A DNA stretch of 64,000 bases from an uncultured Prevotellaceae bacterium (GCA_902775605.1 CACYNE010000008.1:466-64465), one strand, 5' to 3'; positions 10,317-21,462 are shown, counted from the first letter of the stretch. Notes: a model not told the origin generated them from the letters alone. Numbers and translations: made by a program.

Positions 10317-11840
10317 ATGATTATAAAAGTTCTTTTAACGGTCATTTTTCTGATTGTCATGGTAGGCGTGGGACTCTACTCACGCAAGCAGGCCAAAAGT
10401 GTTGATGGATTTGTGTTGGGAGGTCGCTCTGTGGGTCCATGGCTCACGGCCTTTGCTTTCGGCACAAGTTATTTCTCGGCAGTGGTCTTCGTGGGCTATG
10501 CCGGACAGTTTGGTTGGAAATATGGTTTGTCGTCAGCGTGGATAGGCATTGGCAATGCTGTTATCGGCTCGCTGCTGGCGTGGATAATCCTCGGTCGTCG
10601 TACGAAACTGATGACACAGCATATAGAGAGTCGTACCATGCCCGACTTCTTCGGCACCCGTTTTCAGGACCAAGGTTTACGCGTGGTGGCTTCCATCATC
10701 GCTTTCGTTTTCTTGATTCCTTATACGGCAGGCGTCTATAGTGGCATCTCACGACTTTTTGAGATGGGTTTCAGTATTCCTTATGAATATTGTGTGGTCA
10801 TTATGTCGGTGCTCACCGCTGTCTATGTTATCTTGGGCGGCTATAAGGCAACGGCTATGAACGACTTTATCCAAGGCATCATTATGCTCTTTGGCATCGT
10901 AGCCGTCATTGCTGCTGTGCTCTCGGCACAGGGTGGACTGGTGGCTGCTGTGGATAAGTTAGCAGCAATTCCGTCAGACGCCGACCCTACTGTGAACGGT
11001 GGCTTTGCCTCCTGGTTCGGTCCAGACCCGTGGGGCTTGTTAGGTGTGGTCATCTTGACCTCGCTGGGCACGATGGGCTTGCCTCAGATGGTGGGTAAGT
11101 TCTATTCTATTACCGACGAGAGTGCCATTAAGCGTGGTACCGTCATCTCCACCATCTTCGCCTTTATCGTGGCTGGTGGTTGTTATTTCCTGGGTGGTTT
11201 TGGCCGACTCTACGACCCCGTCATTGGTACCAATGGTAAGATTGCTTTTGACTCCATCGTACCCGCCATGTTGGTCACCCTGCCCGATGTGCTTATCGCC
11301 CTCGTGGTGCTGTTGGTGCTTTCTGCCTCCATGTCAACACTGGCTTCGTTGGTGCTTACCTCTGCATCGACGATGACCCTCGACCTTATTTATCGTGACA
11401 AGAAGTCACTCGATGGTGAGGTGGAAGAGGGAACCATCGATGATGTGGTGGCAGAGAAGATTGAGCGTCGCAAGGTGGTCATCATGCGCGTACTCATCGT
11501 GTTCTTCATTGCCATCTCATTGCTTATCGCCCTCAATCCACCCACCTTCATTGCCCAGCTGATGGGCATCTCTTGGGGTGCTTTGGCAGGTGCCTTCCTC
11601 GCGCCCTTTATGATGGGCCTCTACTGGAAGCGTGTCACCACAGCTTCTGTCTGGGCTTGCTTTGTCTGGGGTGTGGGACTGACGGTCATCAACATGTTGC
11701 TGGGCAATCCTATCAACCCCATCAACTGCGGTGCCATCGCCATGTTGGGCGGTTTCCCCGTTGTCTTCCTTGTCAGTCTGTTTACGCCGAAGTTACCCCA
11801 GAAGGACGTTGAGCAGATTTTCCTGTGCTATAAGAAGTGA
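10317..11840 (+). CDS. Sodium:solute symporter (SSS family)
   Basis: Many TM helices; FVLGGRSVGPW, TMPDFFGTRF, GGYKA, SASMST. Confidence 0.9.
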   Translation: MIIKVLLTVIFLIVMVGVGLYSRKQAKSVDGFVLGGRSVGPWLTAFAFGTSYFSAVVFVGYAGQFGWKYGLSSAWIGIGNAVIGSLLAWIILGRRTKLMTQHIESRTMPDFFGTRFQDQGLRVVASIIAFVFLIPYTAGVYSGISRLFEMGFSIPYEYCVVIMSVLTAVYVILGGYKATAMNDFIQGIIMLFGIVAVIAAVLSAQGGLVAAVDKLAAIPSDADPTVNGGFASWFGPDPWGLLGVVILTSLGTMGLPQMVGKFYSITDESAIKRGTVISTIFAFIVAGGCYFLGGFGRLYDPVIGTNGKIAFDSIVPAMLVTLPDVLIALVVLLVLSASMSTLASLVLTSASTMTLDLIYRDKKSLDGEVEEGTIDDVVAEKIERRKVVIMRVLIVFFIAISLLIALNPPTFIAQLMGISWGALAGAFLAPFMMGLYWKRVTTASVWACFVWGVGLTVINMLLGNPINPINCGAIAMLGGFPVVFLVSLFTPKLPQKDVEQIFLCYKK

Positions 11841-11864
11841 TGATAGTCTTTTAGCAAGAAATAG

Positions 11865-11894
11865 TAACGGCTCCGGAAATATTCGGAGCCGTTA
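11865..11894 (+). terminator. Intrinsic terminator-like hairpin
   Basis: TAACGGCTCCG / CGGAGCCGTTA perfect 11-bp stem after the symporter stop. Confidence 0.7.
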
Positions 11895-12020
11895 TTGTGC
11901 AGAAAAATAAGTTCTCCTTTTGCTTGTTTATTCATACCTTTGAATTCTACGAAGGTACTCTCGCTCGGAAAAACTCAAATAAATTTGGTTTTTCTCTCGC
12001 TTATTCGTACCTTTGCACCC

Positions 12021-13040
12021 ATGAAAATACTGATTACGGGAGCCAGCGGATTCATTGGCTCATTCATTGTAGAGGAAGCCTTGCGTCAGGGTATGGAGAC
12101 GTGGGCAGCCGTCAGAGGCAGCAGTAAGAAAGACTTCCTGCAGGACGATCGCATCCATTTCATCGAGTTGAATTTGAGTAGTCAGGAGCAACTGGAGGTA
12201 CAGTTGAAGGACCACCAGTTTGACTATGTGGTACACGCCGCTGGCGTAACAAAATGCCTCAATATCGCCGACTTCCGCCGTATCAATACTGAGGGCACCA
12301 AGAACCTGGTGCGCGCCCTCATCCGTCTGCAGATGCCCATCAAGCGCTTTGTCTATCTGAGTTCACTCAGCGTCTATGGTGCTATCCGCGAGGAGCAACC
12401 CTACACAGAGATTCGTGAAGACGACACCCCACGCCCCAACACGGAATATGGTAAGAGCAAGCTCGAGGCTGAGCAGTGGCTTGAAGCTAACAGCCAACAG
12501 CTAATAGCTAACAGCCAGTCCCCTTTTCCTTACGTCATCCTGCGTCCCACGGGCGTCTATGGTCCTCGTGAGCGCGACTATTTCCTGATGGCGAAGAGCA
12601 TCAAGCAGCACAGCGACTTTGCAGTGGGCTTCCAGCAGCAGGACATCACCTTTGTCTATGTGCTCGACGTGGTGCAGGCCGTCTTCCTGGCTTGCGAGAA
12701 GGGACAGACGGGTCGTAAGTACTTCCTCAGCGATGGCGAGGTCTATCAGTCGGCCACCTTCTCTAATCTCATCCGTCGTGAGTTGGGCAACCCCTGGTGG
12801 ATTCGCATCACGGCTCCCATCTGGGTGTTGCGCATCGTCACCTTCTTTGGCGACAAGTGGGGCCATCTGACGGGCAAGATCTCGGCATTGAACAATGACA
12901 AGTATCACATCCTGAAGCAACGCAACTGGCGTTGCGACATCGAACCCGCCCGACGTGAGTTGGGCTATAATCCCAAGTACACACTGGAGCAGGGCGTGCC
13001 CCTGACTATTAAATGGTATCAAGAAAACGGATGGCTTTAA
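12021..13040 (+). CDS. NAD-dependent epimerase/dehydratase
   Basis: MKILITGASGFIG and YGKSK; start placed at ATG 12021, just after the TACCTTTG box. Confidence 0.88.
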   Translation: MKILITGASGFIGSFIVEEALRQGMETWAAVRGSSKKDFLQDDRIHFIELNLSSQEQLEVQLKDHQFDYVVHAAGVTKCLNIADFRRINTEGTKNLVRALIRLQMPIKRFVYLSSLSVYGAIREEQPYTEIREDDTPRPNTEYGKSKLEAEQWLEANSQQLIANSQSPFPYVILRPTGVYGPRERDYFLMAKSIKQHSDFAVGFQQQDITFVYVLDVVQAVFLACEKGQTGRKYFLSDGEVYQSATFSNLIRRELGNPWWIRITAPIWVLRIVTFFGDKWGHLTGKISALNNDKYHILKQRNWRCDIEPARRELGYNPKYTLEQGVPLTIKWYQENGWL

Positions 13041-13984
13041 AATCTAAACGCGGACTGATGGCAGCAGAGTGGGCTACACTGGCCTATACGCTGTTTACCA
13101 CAATATTTATTCTCGTCACCTTCGTACGACTCACCAATCCCGGCGACATGCTGTTGCTCAGGGCGCAGGCTGTGGTACTGACGCTGGCCCTGTGGGGCGT
13201 CTATCGCCTCTGTCCTGGCAAACTTACGATGCTCTTCCGCGTCACGGGGCAGTTGCTGTTGCTGTCGTGGTGGTATTCCGACACGTATGAGCTGAATCGT
13301 ATATTCCCCAATCTCGACCACGTCTTTGCGGGCTATGAGCAGTCACTCTTCGGCTTCCAGCCCTCGCTGTCGTTTAGTCAGGTCTTCTCGCATCCCATTT
13401 TCAGCGAGTTCCTGTCTATGGGTTATGTCAGCTATTTCCCCCTGTTCGTGGGCATCACCCTCTTTTATTTCTTCTTTCGCTACGAGCATTTCGAACGTAC
13501 GGCCTTCATCATCATGGCCTCGTTCTTTCTTTTCTACCTCATTTTCATCTTCGTGCCTGTGGCCGGTCCTCAGTTCTATTTCAAGGCTGTAGGTGTGGAT
13601 CAGATAGCGCAGGGCATCTTCCCCAATATCGGCGACTATTTCAACACGATAGAGTTCGACGTGCATAATCGCGACTTCATCATGCCCATCCCAGGCTGGG
13701 AGGACGGCCCTATGTATAAGGCCCTCATCATCACCCATGATGCCGGCGAGCGCCCCACAGCAGCTTTTCCTAGCAGTCATGTGGGAATTGCCACCGTTGT
13801 GCTGTGGCTGGCGTGGGAGAGTAAGAACCGCAAGGTCTTTTATGTATGCCTGCCCTTCGCCGTCCTGCTGTTCTTTGGAACCTTCTACATTCTGGCACAC
13901 TATGCCATCGATGCCATTGCCGGCCTGTTCTTCGGCACCATCTTCTACTTCGGTTTGAAGTGGGCGTATAACCTGACTCACTGA
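13031..13984 (+). CDS. PAP2-family membrane phosphoesterase
   Basis: TM segments with PVAGP, AFPSSH and HYAIDAIAG motifs. Confidence 0.85.
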   Translation: MALKSKRGLMAAEWATLAYTLFTTIFILVTFVRLTNPGDMLLLRAQAVVLTLALWGVYRLCPGKLTMLFRVTGQLLLLSWWYSDTYELNRIFPNLDHVFAGYEQSLFGFQPSLSFSQVFSHPIFSEFLSMGYVSYFPLFVGITLFYFFFRYEHFERTAFIIMASFFLFYLIFIFVPVAGPQFYFKAVGVDQIAQGIFPNIGDYFNTIEFDVHNRDFIMPIPGWEDGPMYKALIITHDAGERPTAAFPSSHVGIATVVLWLAWESKNRKVFYVCLPFAVLLFFGTFYILAHYAIDAIAGLFFGTIFYFGLKWAYNLTH

Positions 13985-13986
13985 CA

Positions 13987-14787
13987 ATGGATACTAAAGA
14001 CAAAATCACTGAGCAGCCCTCACGTTACGACCATCTGGAGCAGATGAGCGTTGGTGAACTGTTGCAGCACATCAACGAAGAGGATGCGCTGGTGGCTCAG
14101 GCTGTTACTCTGGCATTGCCCCAGATTGAGGCACTTGTCAAGGCCATTGAGCCGAGGATGAAACGTGGCGGACGACTCTTCTATATCGGTGCTGGTACCA
14201 GTGGTCGTCTGGGTGTGCTCGATGCCAGCGAACTGCCCCCCACGTTTGGCGTGCCCTCCGATTGGGTGATGGGCATCATCGCTGGTGGTGACCAAGCTCT
14301 GCGCCATGCCGTGGAGCATGCTGAGGATATTGCTGAGCGGGGGTGGAAAGACCTTCTGGCCCATCATCCCACCCCTGACGACACCCTGCTGGGCATTGCT
14401 GCCTCTGGCACCACGCCTTATGTGGTCGATGCCGTTCGTCAGGCTTGCGCCCATGGTCTTCTCACGGGCTGTATTACCAGCAATCCCAACACCCCTTTGG
14501 CTCAGGCCGCTGATTATCCCATTGAGACCATTGTAGGCCCAGAGTTCGTCACGGGCTCCAGTCGCATGAAGAGTGGCACGGCGCAAAAGATGGTTTTGAA
14601 CATGATTTCCACTACTCTGATGATCCGCCTGGGCCGTGTTCAGGGCAACCGCATGGTGAACATGCAACTCACCAACGATAAACTCATTGATAGGGGCACC
14701 CGCATGCTCCAGGACTCTCTCGGCCTCAGCTACAACGAGGCCCGCCAGCGTCTCCTCGAAGCAGGTAGCGTGAGCGATTGCCTGTAA
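13987..14787 (+). CDS. murQ: N-acetylmuramic acid 6-phosphate etherase
   Basis: GAGTSGRLGVLDASE, GPEFVTGSSRMKSGTAQK, NDKLIDR. Confidence 0.95.
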   Translation: MDTKDKITEQPSRYDHLEQMSVGELLQHINEEDALVAQAVTLALPQIEALVKAIEPRMKRGGRLFYIGAGTSGRLGVLDASELPPTFGVPSDWVMGIIAGGDQALRHAVEHAEDIAERGWKDLLAHHPTPDDTLLGIAASGTTPYVVDAVRQACAHGLLTGCITSNPNTPLAQAADYPIETIVGPEFVTGSSRMKSGTAQKMVLNMISTTLMIRLGRVQGNRMVNMQLTNDKLIDRGTRMLQDSLGLSYNEARQRLLEAGSVSDCL

Positions 14788-14975
14788 CTTAATCATTGAA
14801 TATCGCGCGTTGATATGAAATGTGTGTTAACCGCAAATATGACACGTTTTAAAAATAGAAACAACCTTAGCAAGTGTAGGCTATACATAGCGTAGAAGAG
14901 AAAAACAATAAAAAATTTGGAGAATCACCAAATTATTTGTACCTTTGCGGGCGAATTTTGAATAATTCGACTGAT

Positions 14976-15046
14976 TGGACGATGGTGTAATGGTAACACT
15001 ACAGGTTTTGGTTCTGTCATTCCCGGTTCGAATCCGAGTCGTCCAA
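14976..15046 (+). tRNA. tRNA-Gln (anticodon TTG)
   Basis: Acceptor stem TGGACGA/TCGTCCA, anticodon arm ACAGG-TT-TTG-GT-TCTGT, T-loop GGTTCGAATCC; -7 box TACCTTTG at 14940-14947. Confidence 0.95.
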
Positions 15047-15122
15047 CATGAAATCAAAGAAAGCTGACGATTGAAAAACCAATCCGTTGGCTTTTATTTT
15101 TTGCTACCAACAGACTACAAAT

Positions 15123-18100
15123 ATGAATAGAACTAAAACAGTCATCACATCCATGTTTTTCATGCTGTTATCGTGTCAGCTGGGCTGGACAAGCAACACA
15201 AAGACGACGGTGACAAAGGTCAGTTCATCGGTGACCCTGACCAGTGATGTGGACTACGTCATTAATGGAGATGAACCTTTCTCAGACGAGGGGCAGGTGG
15301 ATATTGCCAATACAACTCACGCCGTACTCATCATCGAGCGCATCAAACCTTCAAGGGTCATTTCCTCCCTCCTTCAAACTCATGTGAAGATAAAGGGCGA
15401 GGTGGCACGCAACAATGTGAACTGTCAGGTGAGACTCTATGGTACTCACGGCTCGATGATATTGCCTTATGCCAAAAGCGACAAACCACTCACCGTCTTT
15501 AGCGAACAGAACCTGAAAGGCGATTCGTGCAACGCCTTCGGACTGGAGAACGACGGGGGCTATATGGTGACCTTGAGCGACCAGAAGATGAATAACCGCA
15601 TACGGTCCTTCCGATTGAAACGCGGCTATATGGTAACCTTTGCAACAGGCAAGAGCGGCTATGGCTACCAGCGTTGCTTTATTGCCAACGATGCTGACAT
15701 CGAGATGAACACCCTTCCCCAGATTCTCGACCAGAAGATTACCAGCTATCGTATCTTCAACTGGAACACGGCTGGTAAGAAAGGACTTGCCAGCAGCACT
15801 GATGCACATGCCTGCGATACGCTCAATGTTATCAGTTGTTATGGCTGGGATACCGGCAAGGATATGAACCCCGATGTGGACTGTGTGGTCAATCATCTCT
15901 ATGAGGACTATCCCTCGTCATCTGCTTGCGGAAAGGCTACCTGGAGCTGTCACATGAAGACTAACAATGAACCGCGAAATGGGTCTGATGACAGGCCACA
16001 ATCACTGAATACCATTCTCGACAACTGGCAGAACCTCATGCGTACTGGCATGCGACTCTGCTCACCTTCGTCGTGGGATGGCAGTGACTATACTGATGGC
16101 TCTGGATTTATCAAGCAGTTCCTGGATTCTATTGACGCACGAGGTTGGAGATGCGATCTCGTTGACCTGCATTGCTATTGGTTGGTGGATAACTTCGACA
16201 AAATCGGCACGATGCAGAGTAAATATAAGCGTCCCATCTGGATTTCTGAATGGATATGGGGCGCCTCGTGGAATAAGAACGGTGCTTTCGAAAGTGGCAA
16301 GACCGACTGGGACAATGAGTGGGCCGTCAAGACCATCTGTAGCAAGCTCAACAGCATGCCCTATGTGGAACGTTATTTCTATTGGAACAGCGAGTCAAAG
16401 GGAAAGCTCTATCATAATGGTACGCTGACTCCTGCTGGCACATGGTATGCCAGTCAGCTCACGGGTATGGGCTATAACAAGAACTACGAGAAGATTCCAA
16501 ACACACCGCCCATGCGTGGTGGTTTCTCAAACTTCCACGTTGAGAAGACCAATGGCAAGGCCGTCATCTCATGGCATGACTACGACGGCGAATACAACCA
16601 AGTCATGGAACTGCTACGCAAGACACCTGACGGTGTATGGCAGCAATGGAAAACCATTACGCCTGACGATGGTGAGGCCGACTATCAGATAGAGGACGAG
16701 GAATCAATCGATGGAACGCGTTATCGCCTGCATATCAAGAGTTTCGGTGGACGCGACTATTACAGCAGCGAGGATATGTCGCCTGGCGAAGCGGTGGAGA
16801 CTGCCGACGGACTACGCTATGTGGGTGGCAACATCATCCTCAACAGCGACTTCCAGATGGGACTCGACCATTGGCTTTCGGGCACTGGCGAGCCACTTCA
16901 ACAGCCTTGGTTCGAGGTGTTCCCCAGCGGACGTACTGAGGGTTTTTTCCTTCAAGCTTTTGCCAATCACGGGAAAGACGGAGCAGGCTCTATCAAGACG
17001 CCTTTCGACATCGAACCCAACCAGAATTACATCATCCGTGTGACCTCCTGTAATGCTGGCGATTATATCAAGGTGGACCTTCGCAAAAAAGGAGAAAGCA
17101 GCGATGTCAACAAGGTCACACTCAAATCAGAGAGTTATTGGACAACCAAACAGGCCGTCTTCAGTAGTGACAATCTCAATGAAGCACTCCTGTCCTTCCG
17201 CTGGTTGGGTGCTACGGCACAATTGGGCACCATAGAGCTGCGTCGCTTGTTTGACTCCAAGGAAGAGGCGTTGGCAGACGGAGAACTGTGGGCACAGCGC
17301 CGAGAGGAGTTGCTGAAGCCATACCTTGAAGCGCGCAACCAGCAAATGGTCGATTCGCTGCTTACCGTGGCGAATGCTGTCAGTCACATGAACCTGGATG
17401 GACGAGAAGAACTGCAGCAAGCCATCATCACTGGCGACAGACAGCAGTTGAAGCAAGCTTTGTCAGACTTTCTCACCATGACGGAATCAGAGATTCAGCC
17501 ACAATCGCCCTCGTTTGACAACACCACCGGATGGGAAACAAAGATAGGTACCTATACTGGAGGCGACCAACGCATCGCCACGCAAGAGGATAAAACATGC
17601 TGGAACGCCTGGTGGGATGGTATCAGTGCCAGTCAGCAACAGAGCATGGAAATCAGACAGCGCATCGGTGGATTGGCCGAAGGTCTCTATCAGCTGGAAT
17701 GCAAGGCCAGCACACAGCATTATTGCCTCGCCGACCAGCATGGCTACATCAAAACCAGCACTCAGCAGAGTGAGACGCCTCGCCTTCAGCGCGACTACCT
17801 TGACGTGCCAGGCACGCCCTCTGCTTGGCAAACGCTCACCAGCCTGCCTGTCTATGTCAGTGGAGAGTCCGACACCATCACCATTGGTTTCATTGGTACA
17901 AAACAGGGAGCCACGGACTTTGCTTGGCGCAGATATGGCAAGAGTGATTCTGAGAACAATTTGGGTGACAAGCGTGAAGGATGGTGGTGTGCCACAGACT
18001 TCCGTCTCCTCTATCATCCTGTATTCCGGTTCAGTATCACCCCCAACCTGTGGGGCACCATCTGCTTGCCCTATGCTTATCGGGTGCCAGACGATATGAC

Positions 18101-18593
18101 GCTTTATAGTATTGCCGGCATCTCCAGTGACTATGCACGACTCTGTCTGGAACCTGTCACCCAACCAGAGGCTGGCATACCTTATATCTACACATCACAA
18201 CTTTCAGATGTTACCTATTACGCCCAAGGCGAAGCTGTCAAAACTGCCAAGCGGGGCAACAATAACCTGCATGGGGTCTTCATCAGTGCATCCAAGTCGC
18301 CTACAGGCAGCTATCTCCTCAAAGACGGAGTATGGCAACGCGTCACCGAGCGCGAGAATATGGCTAACTATTCCGCTTTCATCACCAAGGCTGATGGCAT
18401 CACAGTACTTGACAGTTGGAATGGCATCACGATGCCTATCGCTGGTGCAGTCGAAGAACTGGCACAGGACATAAAAGACATCACAAATACCAAGCAACAA
18501 TCAATTATCTACGACCTGCAAGGACGTCCCATTCAGATGCGGCCTCAGCATGGTCTCTACATCCAGAACCATCGTAAGGTTTATATTAAGTGA
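15123..18593 (+). CDS. Secreted multidomain glycoside hydrolase (GH128/Glyco_hydro_cc-like) with T9SS tail
   Basis: NNEP, DLHCY, PIWISEW and VERYFY clan-A-like motifs; tail YDLQGR..GLYIQNHRKVYIK. Confidence 0.7.
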   Translation: MNRTKTVITSMFFMLLSCQLGWTSNTKTTVTKVSSSVTLTSDVDYVINGDEPFSDEGQVDIANTTHAVLIIERIKPSRVISSLLQTHVKIKGEVARNNVNCQVRLYGTHGSMILPYAKSDKPLTVFSEQNLKGDSCNAFGLENDGGYMVTLSDQKMNNRIRSFRLKRGYMVTFATGKSGYGYQRCFIANDADIEMNTLPQILDQKITSYRIFNWNTAGKKGLASSTDAHACDTLNVISCYGWDTGKDMNPDVDCVVNHLYEDYPSSSACGKATWSCHMKTNNEPRNGSDDRPQSLNTILDNWQNLMRTGMRLCSPSSWDGSDYTDGSGFIKQFLDSIDARGWRCDLVDLHCYWLVDNFDKIGTMQSKYKRPIWISEWIWGASWNKNGAFESGKTDWDNEWAVKTICSKLNSMPYVERYFYWNSESKGKLYHNGTLTPAGTWYASQLTGMGYNKNYEKIPNTPPMRGGFSNFHVEKTNGKAVISWHDYDGEYNQVMELLRKTPDGVWQQWKTITPDDGEADYQIEDEESIDGTRYRLHIKSFGGRDYYSSEDMSPGEAVETADGLRYVGGNIILNSDFQMGLDHWLSGTGEPLQQPWFEVFPSGRTEGFFLQAFANHGKDGAGSIKTPFDIEPNQNYIIRVTSCNAGDYIKVDLRKKGESSDVNKVTLKSESYWTTKQAVFSSDNLNEALLSFRWLGATAQLGTIELRRLFDSKEEALADGELWAQRREELLKPYLEARNQQMVDSLLTVANAVSHMNLDGREELQQAIITGDRQQLKQALSDFLTMTESEIQPQSPSFDNTTGWETKIGTYTGGDQRIATQEDKTCWNAWWDGISASQQQSMEIRQRIGGLAEGLYQLECKASTQHYCLADQHGYIKTSTQQSETPRLQRDYLDVPGTPSAWQTLTSLPVYVSGESDTITIGFIGTKQGATDFAWRRYGKSDSENNLGDKREGWWCATDFRLLYHPVFRFSITPNLWGTICLPYAYRVPDDMTLYSIAGISSDYARLCLEPVTQPEAGIPYIYTSQLSDVTYYAQGEAVKTAKRGNNNLHGVFISASKSPTGSYLLKDGVWQRVTERENMANYSAFITKADGITVLDSWNGITMPIAGAVEELAQDIKDITNTKQQSIIYDLQGRPIQMRPQHGLYIQNHRKVYIK

Positions 18594-18596
18594 ATA

Positions 18597-18626
18597 AGAA
18601 AAGGTGCCTTGAACGGCACCTTTCTT
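18597..18626. terminator. Bidirectional terminator between convergent genes
   Basis: AAAGGTGCC-TTGAAC-GGCACCTTT with A/T-rich flanks. Confidence 0.8.
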
Positions 18627-21071
18627 TTATTTCACAATCCACTCAAACACGCCTGATGAGAAGTCGTCGGGCTGGGTGACCTCCAGTCGCAGGGCTTTGG
18701 TCTTGACGGGAGAGAAGTTTACCGTGCAGGCCGCACCGCGCGTAGTGGGATAGTGGTCGGCATCCTTCACGGGTTGCCATTGACCCTGGGCGTCTTGATA
18801 GAGGATGCGCCAAGACTTAGGCACACGACAGCCACCCCAGGGAGCATCGTCAAACCAATAGACGGTGCAGGTCTGTACGGTGACCTCGGCAGGAAACTCA
18901 TAGGAGAGCCATTCAGTGCTTGCCTTCTTGGGCCACCAATGGGTGTAGGGGATAGAGCGGTCATTCTCGTCCTTAGGCACCAAGCGGTCGTTGATAGACG
19001 AGAGGGCCGGCACCTTCGAGCTACTGCTCACCTTGCTCTCGCTGGCCAGTGTGGCGGGCTGAGCAGGTGTTGTAGCGCTGAGGTCCTGTGGCAACCATAC
19101 GCGCATCTTGCCAGAGCCACGATGACACCACGCAAAATAAGGAATCAGGGTGAGCTTCTGGTCTGTAATGGTCAGTTTGCCCTGCTTGTTGAAGTCGAGG
19201 GTCTGGGCATCGGTTGTCAGAGTGACCACCGACGTGCCCGCAATCTCTGTCTTTCCCAACTGGAACTGTGGCTCCTGGTTGACCAGTGCAGAGAAGATAT
19301 CGAATGCATTGTCAGGATGTTCGGCACAATACACCAGCGGACCGCGCTCCACGGCCACCATGCCCCTGTCGGCCTCCACCTTGTTCTGGGCACGCACGAT
19401 GCGAGGCTCCATGTCAAAGTGAATCTGCACTTTGTCGCCCTTCTTCCATTTGCGGTCGATAGTGATATAGTCACGGTTTTCGGGATAGAAAGCCTGATTG
19501 TTGACGCTCACGCTATAGCCCAGGCGCTTACCGTCGGCATAGGCATAGAGGTCAGAGGGCACCACCTTGCCCCTCACCCAGCCGGGGATACGGATCTTTA
19601 GGGCAAACTGACCGGCGGTATTCTGGTCGATGGTGATGGTGATGTCGCCATCCCACGGATAGTTGGTCTGTTGCGAGAGCGTCACCTTTTTGCCCTTCAC
19701 ATCAAGTGTGGAGGTGTTTGACAGGAAAAGGTTTACATACACGGAAGCCTCATTAGCCCTATTAGACCCATTCGACCCATCAAGCCTATAAGAATAAATA
19801 TACCCAGGCAACGAAGGAATGAAGCGGCAGATGTTTGATGGACAGCAGGCACAGCCAAACCATGCCTGACGCTGATGCTGTCCCATCGATTCCAATGGAT
19901 TGGGGTAGAAGAAGCCGTTGCCCTGCAGCGAGACGCCGCTGATGAGGCCGTTGTAAAGCGTGCGCTCCAGCACATCATAGTATTTTGACTCGCCGTGAAG
20001 TAGGAACAGGCGGTAGTTCACATACACATTGCCAATGGCTGCACAGGTCTCGCAATAGGCACTCATGTTCGGCAGTTCGTAGTTCTTGCCAAAAGCCTCA
20101 CCACTTGAGGTGGCACCGATGCCGCCAGTGATATAGAGTTTCTTGGTGACGATATTTTCCCAGATGCGGTCGATAGCGTCGATATAGCCCTTGTCGCCAG
20201 TCAGCGCGGCCACATCGGCCATGCCGGCATACATATATGCCGCACGCACGGCATGACCCACAGCCTCATCCTGAAGAACCACGGGTTTGTGACTTTGCGA
20301 ATATTCCTGTTTAATCTGTGTCTTGCCGCGATAGTCGAGGAAGAACTTCGCCTCGTCCAGATATTTCTTCTCGCCAGTGGCCAAGTAGAGGCGACAGAGC
20401 GCCATCTCGGCAATCTGGTGTCCAGGCACCACGCAGGCCTGTCCGGGGTTGGGACCCACCTCTTTGCACACCACATCGGCATAGCGGCGGGCAATGTCCA
20501 GGAACTTCCTGCTGCCTGTGGCTTGCCAATGGGCCACGGCGCCCTCAATCATATGTCCCAGGTTATAGAGTTCATGCGACAGGTCCTCCTCCTTCACCCA
20601 ACGCTTGTCGCCCGCCCAGTGATGCGGGTCGGCGGGGTTTTGCGTACGAGCCGTATAGAGGTAGCCGTCAGGCTCCTGAGCTGTGGCGATGATGTCGATG
20701 ACAGAATCTACATAGTGACGCAGGCGCTTGTCAGGATAGGTCTGCAGCAGATAGGACGCTCCCTCGATGGTCTTATAGGGATCGGTATCGTCGAAGGAAT
20801 AGCCCACGCCGTTTACCTTGAACACCTTTGAGGGATCCTTCAGGTGCTGGGCAGCATTCTCGAAGTTCTTATAGCGCCCCTCACTCTCGCACTTGGAGAA
20901 GGCCAAGGGCACGGTGACGTTGCGACTGGCCTCCAGTCGTTGTCCCCAGAACGTACCGGGTGTCACCTTCACTGCCGTGAAGGGTACGGGAGTGATGGGA
21001 TAGCCCGTCTGCGCTGTAGAGGCAAGAATCGATACATGAAAAGCGATAAGTGATAATAGACTCTTTTTCAT
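18627..21071 (-). CDS. GH127 beta-L-arabinofuranosidase-like protein with C-terminal F5/8-like domain
   Basis: HELYNLGH, GHAVRA, YCETCAAIG, CACCPSN. Confidence 0.9.
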   Translation of the reverse strand: MKKSLLSLIAFHVSILASTAQTGYPITPVPFTAVKVTPGTFWGQRLEASRNVTVPLAFSKCESEGRYKNFENAAQHLKDPSKVFKVNGVGYSFDDTDPYKTIEGASYLLQTYPDKRLRHYVDSVIDIIATAQEPDGYLYTARTQNPADPHHWAGDKRWVKEEDLSHELYNLGHMIEGAVAHWQATGSRKFLDIARRYADVVCKEVGPNPGQACVVPGHQIAEMALCRLYLATGEKKYLDEAKFFLDYRGKTQIKQEYSQSHKPVVLQDEAVGHAVRAAYMYAGMADVAALTGDKGYIDAIDRIWENIVTKKLYITGGIGATSSGEAFGKNYELPNMSAYCETCAAIGNVYVNYRLFLLHGESKYYDVLERTLYNGLISGVSLQGNGFFYPNPLESMGQHQRQAWFGCACCPSNICRFIPSLPGYIYSYRLDGSNGSNRANEASVYVNLFLSNTSTLDVKGKKVTLSQQTNYPWDGDITITIDQNTAGQFALKIRIPGWVRGKVVPSDLYAYADGKRLGYSVSVNNQAFYPENRDYITIDRKWKKGDKVQIHFDMEPRIVRAQNKVEADRGMVAVERGPLVYCAEHPDNAFDIFSALVNQEPQFQLGKTEIAGTSVVTLTTDAQTLDFNKQGKLTITDQKLTLIPYFAWCHRGSGKMRVWLPQDLSATTPAQPATLASESKVSSSSKVPALSSINDRLVPKDENDRSIPYTHWWPKKASTEWLSYEFPAEVTVQTCTVYWFDDAPWGGCRVPKSWRILYQDAQGQWQPVKDADHYPTTRGAACTVNFSPVKTKALRLEVTQPDDFSSGVFEWIVK

Positions 21072-21462
21072 ACCATTTTGGCTTTAGTTTTCTCATTTTT
21101 CAAATGTTCGCCGCAAAGGTACTCAAAATTTGTCTATTTCACGTGAAAACTTCTGAAAAGTTTGGAAAGTTATTTAATGATTCCTAGCATAATTTGTTAT
21201 CAGCATGTTGTGCATATTGCGGATGAGTTGTGGAGTATCATAGGAGATGAAATCAATATCATTCTGGTTTAATGATTCAAAATAGTCCGTATGAGACATT
21301 TTCAATTGCCTACAATACCATCATCAACTCTATGGCTACTGCCATCATAATCTTTTACTCATTCCTGAATATTTTTATTTTAGAAATTCTGCCATATTTT
21401 CTTGATACACGCTGCCGTAGTTGTGAGCATTATAAACCTTGACATGCGAGCCGGATGTGTTC

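Noticed and set aside
11895-12020. N-terminal extensions in the ORF track (also at 22348, 24306, 26087, 45645, 49931, 54144, 56167)
   Set aside because: They run through promoter boxes or upstream genes; downstream ATGs fit family starts and signal peptides
14976-15046. tRNA-Gln as the island integration site
   Set aside because: No duplicated tRNA 3' end or integrase seen, and the island starts more than 6 kb away
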